Shown here: positions 60,771-64,000 of the stretch, one piece after another
Numbering within the stretch: position 1 is the stretch's first letter
How the letters are laid out: each line of letters opens with the position of its first letter
DNA from: Legionellaceae bacterium
GTDB taxonomy: Bacteria; Pseudomonadota; Gammaproteobacteria; UBA12402
Reading direction: 5' to 3'
Assembly: GCA_002707695.1 (NCBI GenBank)
Contig: PANR01000018.1
Coordinates: 1,865-65,864, forward strand
DNA length: 64,000 nucleotides
Made by a program: the position numbers and the translations under genes
Notes under the pieces: model-generated
What the model saw: the letters and a program-made list of their open reading frames with translations, nothing else
What the model was told of the DNA's origin: nothing
The model's database searches: none

Positions 60771-62229
60771 ATACGTTATGCACGAAAAAACCATTAGACA
60801 ACTGCGCACCATGCTAGATAACAAAGAAATATCGAGTGTTGAACTGACGCAACATTTCTTAGCACGCATTAAATCTGACGAAACAAATAGCTTTATTACC
60901 ATCACCGAAGAACACGCACTGGCTGCCGCTAGCGCTGCCGACAAACAAATCGCGGCGGGAAAAACCAGTGCATTAACTGGCATACCTATTGCACAAAAAG
61001 ATATTTTTTGCACGCAAGGTATTCGCTCAAGCGCTGGCTCAAAAATTCTTGATCCTTTTATTTCACCTTACGATGCTACGAGCGTGAGCAAACTCAAACA
61101 AGCTGGCACGGTGATGTTGGGCAAAACCAACATGGATGATTGCGCGATGGGCTCATCCAACGAAAATAGTTATTACGGGCCTTGCAAAAATCCGTGGAAC
61201 ACTGCTCATGTCCCCGGTGGGTCTTCAGGCGGCTCTGCTGCCGCTATTGCTGCAGGGTTAACGCCAGCGGCGACTGGCACTGACACCGGCGGCTCAATTC
61301 GCCAACCTGCTGCACTGTGTGGCATTACTGGATTAAAACCTACTTATGGACGTGTTTCCCGCTACGGCATGATTGCGTTTGCCTCAAGCCTCGATCAAGG
61401 CGGGCCGATGGCTCGCACTGCTGAAGACTGCGCAATACTGCTACAAGCGATGGCGGGCTTTGATGAAAAAGATTCAACTTCGGTGAACAAGCCCGTTCCT
61501 GATTATACAGCACACCTCAATGACTCAATCGAAGGTCTTCGCATTGGCTTACCCAAAGAATATTTTAGTGAACAACTCAATCCAGCGATTGCGAACCATA
61601 TTCACGAAGCAGCAAAAACCTTAGAAAAGCAAGGCGCAAAACTGGTAGAAATTAGTTTGCCCAATAATCATTTATCCATTCCCGCTTATTATGTTATTGC
61701 ACCGGCGGAAGCGTCTTCCAATTTATCACGCTACGATGGCGTGCGTTATGGGCACCGTTGTGAAAACCCGAAAGATCTCATTGATTTGTACAAGCGCTCA
61801 CGTGCGGAAGGCTTCGGCGCTGAAGTTCAACGACGCATTTTAACCGGCACTTATGTATTATCAACCGGTTATTACGACGCTTATTATTTAAAAGCACAAA
61901 AAATTCGTCGCTTAATCGCCAATGACTATCAAGCAGCATTTAACGATGTGGATGTCATCTTAGGCCCCACCTCACCCTGCACAGCATTTAAATTGGGTGA
62001 AAAAAGCGATGACCCAGTGGCCATGTACTTATCAGATATTTATACCATTGCGGTAAATTTAGCAGGTTTGCCCGGAATTTCGGTGCCCGCTGGGTTTGTC
62101 GATGGATTACCGGTTGGTTTACAACTGATTAGCAATCATTTTACTGAGGAAAAATTATTAAACGTCGCCCATCAGTATCAACAAGTCACTGATTGGCACA
62201 ACAGGCGCCCTGGCGGAAAAACATCTTGA
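60760..62229 (+). CDS. gatA: amidotransferase subunit A (amidase signature family)
   Basis: The amidase signature [10 protein letters not shown] and the catalytic Ser/Lys context are present. Confidence 0.9.
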   Translation: MLSKYVMHEKTIRQLRTMLDNKEISSVELTQHFLARIKSDETNSFITITEEHALAAASAADKQIAAGKTSALTGIPIAQKDIFCTQGIRSSAGSKILDPFISPYDATSVSKLKQAGTVMLGKTNMDDCAMGSSNENSYYGPCKNPWNTAHVPGGSSGGSAAAIAAGLTPAATGTDTGGSIRQPAALCGITGLKPTYGRVSRYGMIAFASSLDQGGPMARTAEDCAILLQAMAGFDEKDSTSVNKPVPDYTAHLNDSIEGLRIGLPKEYFSEQLNPAIANHIHEAAKTLEKQGAKLVEISLPNNHLSIPAYYVIAPAEASSNLSRYDGVRYGHRCENPKDLIDLYKRSRAEGFGAEVQRRILTGTYVLSTGYYDAYYLKAQKIRRLIANDYQAAFNDVDVILGPTSPCTAFKLGEKSDDPVAMYLSDIYTIAVNLAGLPGISVPAGFVDGLPVGLQLISNHFTEEKLLNVAHQYQQVTDWHNRRPGGKTS

Positions 62230-62235
62230 TAGAAA

Positions 62236-62388
62236 CAAAAAATTGTCGTGTGTTTTTCCGAAACACACAACAATAGAAACAAAAAATTGTCGTGTGTTTT
62301 GACGAAACCCTGATTGGACAGGACGTCCAATCCGGAGCGATACAGGATGTACTTGAGCGTGTTTCGGAAAAACACACGACAATTTTTA
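62236..62388. mobile_element. MITE-like element with roughly 20-bp terminal inverted repeats (AAAAATTGTCGTGTGTTTT ... AAAACACACGACAATTTTT), carrying the palindromic core shared with 36834..36894
   Basis: The TIRs are visible directly in the sequence. The left end is tandemly duplicated (40-bp period, 62226-62293). The element sits in a 176-bp gap between gatA and gatB, which normally abut. Confidence 0.65.
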
Positions 62389-62405
62389 ATAAATAGAGAA
62401 ACACC

Positions 62406-63839
62406 ATGCAATGGGAAACCATCATCGGACTTGAAGTCCACGCACAATTAGCTACGAAAAGTAAAATCTTTTCAGGCGCCTCAACAACCTACGGCGCAGA
62501 GCCGAATGTACAAGCTTGTGCAATAGATCTTGCCATGCCTGGCGTTTTACCTGTGCTCAACCATGAAGCTGTCAATATGGCCATTAAATTTGGTTGCGCC
62601 ATTGACGCGCAGATCAACAAAAAATCAGTCTTTGCTCGCAAAAACTATTTCTACCCTGACTTACCCAAAGGCTATCAAATTAGCCAGTTTGAATTGCCCA
62701 TAGTCGGCAAGGGACATCTCGACATCAACTTGCCTGATGGCAACAGCAAACGCATTGGCGTGACGCGCGCGCATTTAGAAGAAGATGCAGGCAAATCATT
62801 ACATGAAGATTTTCACGGCATGACAGGCGTTGATTTAAATCGCGCGGGTGTACCGTTACTTGAAATTGTCTCAGAACCTGACATGCGCTCACCTGAAGAA
62901 GCCATTAGTTATTTGAAAACACTTCACGCGTTGGTGCGCTATTTAGAAATTTGTGATGGCAATATGCAAGAAGGCTCATTTCGTTGCGATGTCAATGTTT
63001 CTGTTCGCCCTGTTGGGCAAGAACAATTCGGCACGCGTGCTGAAATTAAAAACGTTAACTCATTTCGTTCAGTGGAGCGCGCGATTAAATACGAAGTTGA
63101 AAGACAAATTGACCTGATTAGCAATGGCAAAGACGTTGTACAAGAAACACGCCTGTTCGATGCGAATAAAAATATCACGCGCAGCATGCGATCAAAAGAA
63201 GATGCGCAAGACTATCGTTATTTTCCAGATCCCGACTTGTTGCCACTCATACTCGCTGATGAAAACATCGAAAAAATCAGAAAAAATTTGCCTGAATTGC
63301 CGCATGAAAAATGCGAGCGCTTTCAGCAAGCTTACGAGTTAAGCGCTTATGATGCCAACGTTTTAATTAGCGATCTTGATTTGGCGCATTATTTTGAAGC
63401 TGTTGTCAGCAATACCGACGCTAAACCTAAACTAGCCGCCAACTGGATTAGCAGTGAATTGCTCGGCCTGTTAAACAAGGAGAGTTTGTCTATCACTCAA
63501 AGCCCTATTAGCGCTGACCAACTTGCTGGGCTGCTAACACGAATCCACGACAACACCATTTCAGGCAAAATTGCAAAAGACGTTTTTCTTGCTATGTTTG
63601 AAGGTGAAGGAAGCGCTGATGATATTATTGAGAAAAAAGGCTTGAAACAAATTACCGATACAGCGGCCATTGAAAAAATTATTGATGACGTTATCGCTAA
63701 TAGCCCAACACAACTTGAGCAATACCGCAGCGGTAAAGACAAACTATTTGGCTACTTCGTCGGACAAACGATGAAAGCCACCCAAGGCAAGGCAAACCCT
63801 GCTCAAGTCAATGCAATGTTAAAGAAAAAATTGCAGTAA
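62406..63839 (+). CDS. gatB: amidotransferase subunit B
   Basis: The N-terminus has the pattern W(E)[11 protein letters not shown]. The protein is 477 aa with a C-terminal YqeY-like domain. Confidence 0.9.
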   Translation: MQWETIIGLEVHAQLATKSKIFSGASTTYGAEPNVQACAIDLAMPGVLPVLNHEAVNMAIKFGCAIDAQINKKSVFARKNYFYPDLPKGYQISQFELPIVGKGHLDINLPDGNSKRIGVTRAHLEEDAGKSLHEDFHGMTGVDLNRAGVPLLEIVSEPDMRSPEEAISYLKTLHALVRYLEICDGNMQEGSFRCDVNVSVRPVGQEQFGTRAEIKNVNSFRSVERAIKYEVERQIDLISNGKDVVQETRLFDANKNITRSMRSKEDAQDYRYFPDPDLLPLILADENIEKIRKNLPELPHEKCERFQQAYELSAYDANVLISDLDLAHYFEAVVSNTDAKPKLAANWISSELLGLLNKESLSITQSPISADQLAGLLTRIHDNTISGKIAKDVFLAMFEGEGSADDIIEKKGLKQITDTAAIEKIIDDVIANSPTQLEQYRSGKDKLFGYFVGQTMKATQGKANPAQVNAMLKKKLQ

Positions 63840-64000
63840 TTTACTCGTAGGCTGCCCCAGCAGGACTTGTGCTAGCATTGCTCGCAAAAGCCACCTCAAC
63901 GGGCGGCGTTGCTGGCTTGAAGCACGAAAAAAGTGATGCAAAACAATCAATGATTGACTCACAACCCGACTCCTTAACCTCTTCTGACTCTACTCGCATA

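Noticed and set aside
62226-62293. Possible CRISPR array (tandem 29-30-bp repeats with a 40-bp period)
   Set aside because: There are only two repeat units. They form the duplicated left TIR of a MITE-like element, with no cas genes in the window.

Overview
This is a 64-kb window from a low-GC (about 40% by eye) Gram-negative gammaproteobacterium. Housekeeping content includes mreBCD, yhdP, tamAB, gatCAB, gltX, dacA, sohB and comEA. I did not try to name the organism beyond noting a Legionellales-like flavour. The left half (about 0-30.6 kb) is an LPS / surface-glycan biosynthesis region. It starts with an operon holding a partial wbuX-like amidotransferase, wbuZ/wbuY (hisF/hisH paralogs), wzx, a GNAT-like acyltransferase, an ACP, KAS-III and unknowns. 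Next come two paralogous ArnT/PMT-like GT-C glycosyltransferases (7.4-9.5 kb and 18.9-20.9 kb). These flank a striking cassette of cysQ, a PseB-like dehydratase, a SQD1/SqdB-like UDP-sulfoquinovose synthase, a flippase-like membrane protein, a GT2 polyprenyl-P glycosyltransferase, a frameshifted sat-cysC, a DUF2061 protein and cysH. Further right are an ArnB/ArnC-like pair, two oxidoreductase/aminotransferase/acetyltransferase sets with WbpA (the WbpABDE-type route to di-N-acetylated hexuronic acid), WbpM/PglF and Wzz. The right half is mostly housekeeping: comEA, an OMP, dacA, a DedA-PAP2 fusion, sohB, a CDF transporter, an SDR, tspO, gltX, tamAB, yhdP, mreBCD and gatCAB. It is interrupted by accessory material: a HigB/HigA-like TA pair and an unannotated 44-aa entericidin-like lipoprotein; three orphan proteins next to tRNA-Glu and tRNA-Ala, two of them bracketed by a perfect 24-bp direct repeat of the tRNA-Glu 3' end; a vapBC module between gltX and the tRNAs; a MITE-like element with 20-bp terminal inverted repeats between gatA and gatB, with a related core copy at 36.8 kb; and a nested palindromic element in the mreB/gatC intergenic region. 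I found no CRISPR array, rRNA, integrase or transposase. The candidate novel system is the self-contained sulfate-to-sulfite-to-UDP-sulfoquinovose cassette coupled to lipid-carrier (GT2 / flippase / GT-C) periplasmic glycosylation machinery inside an LPS locus.
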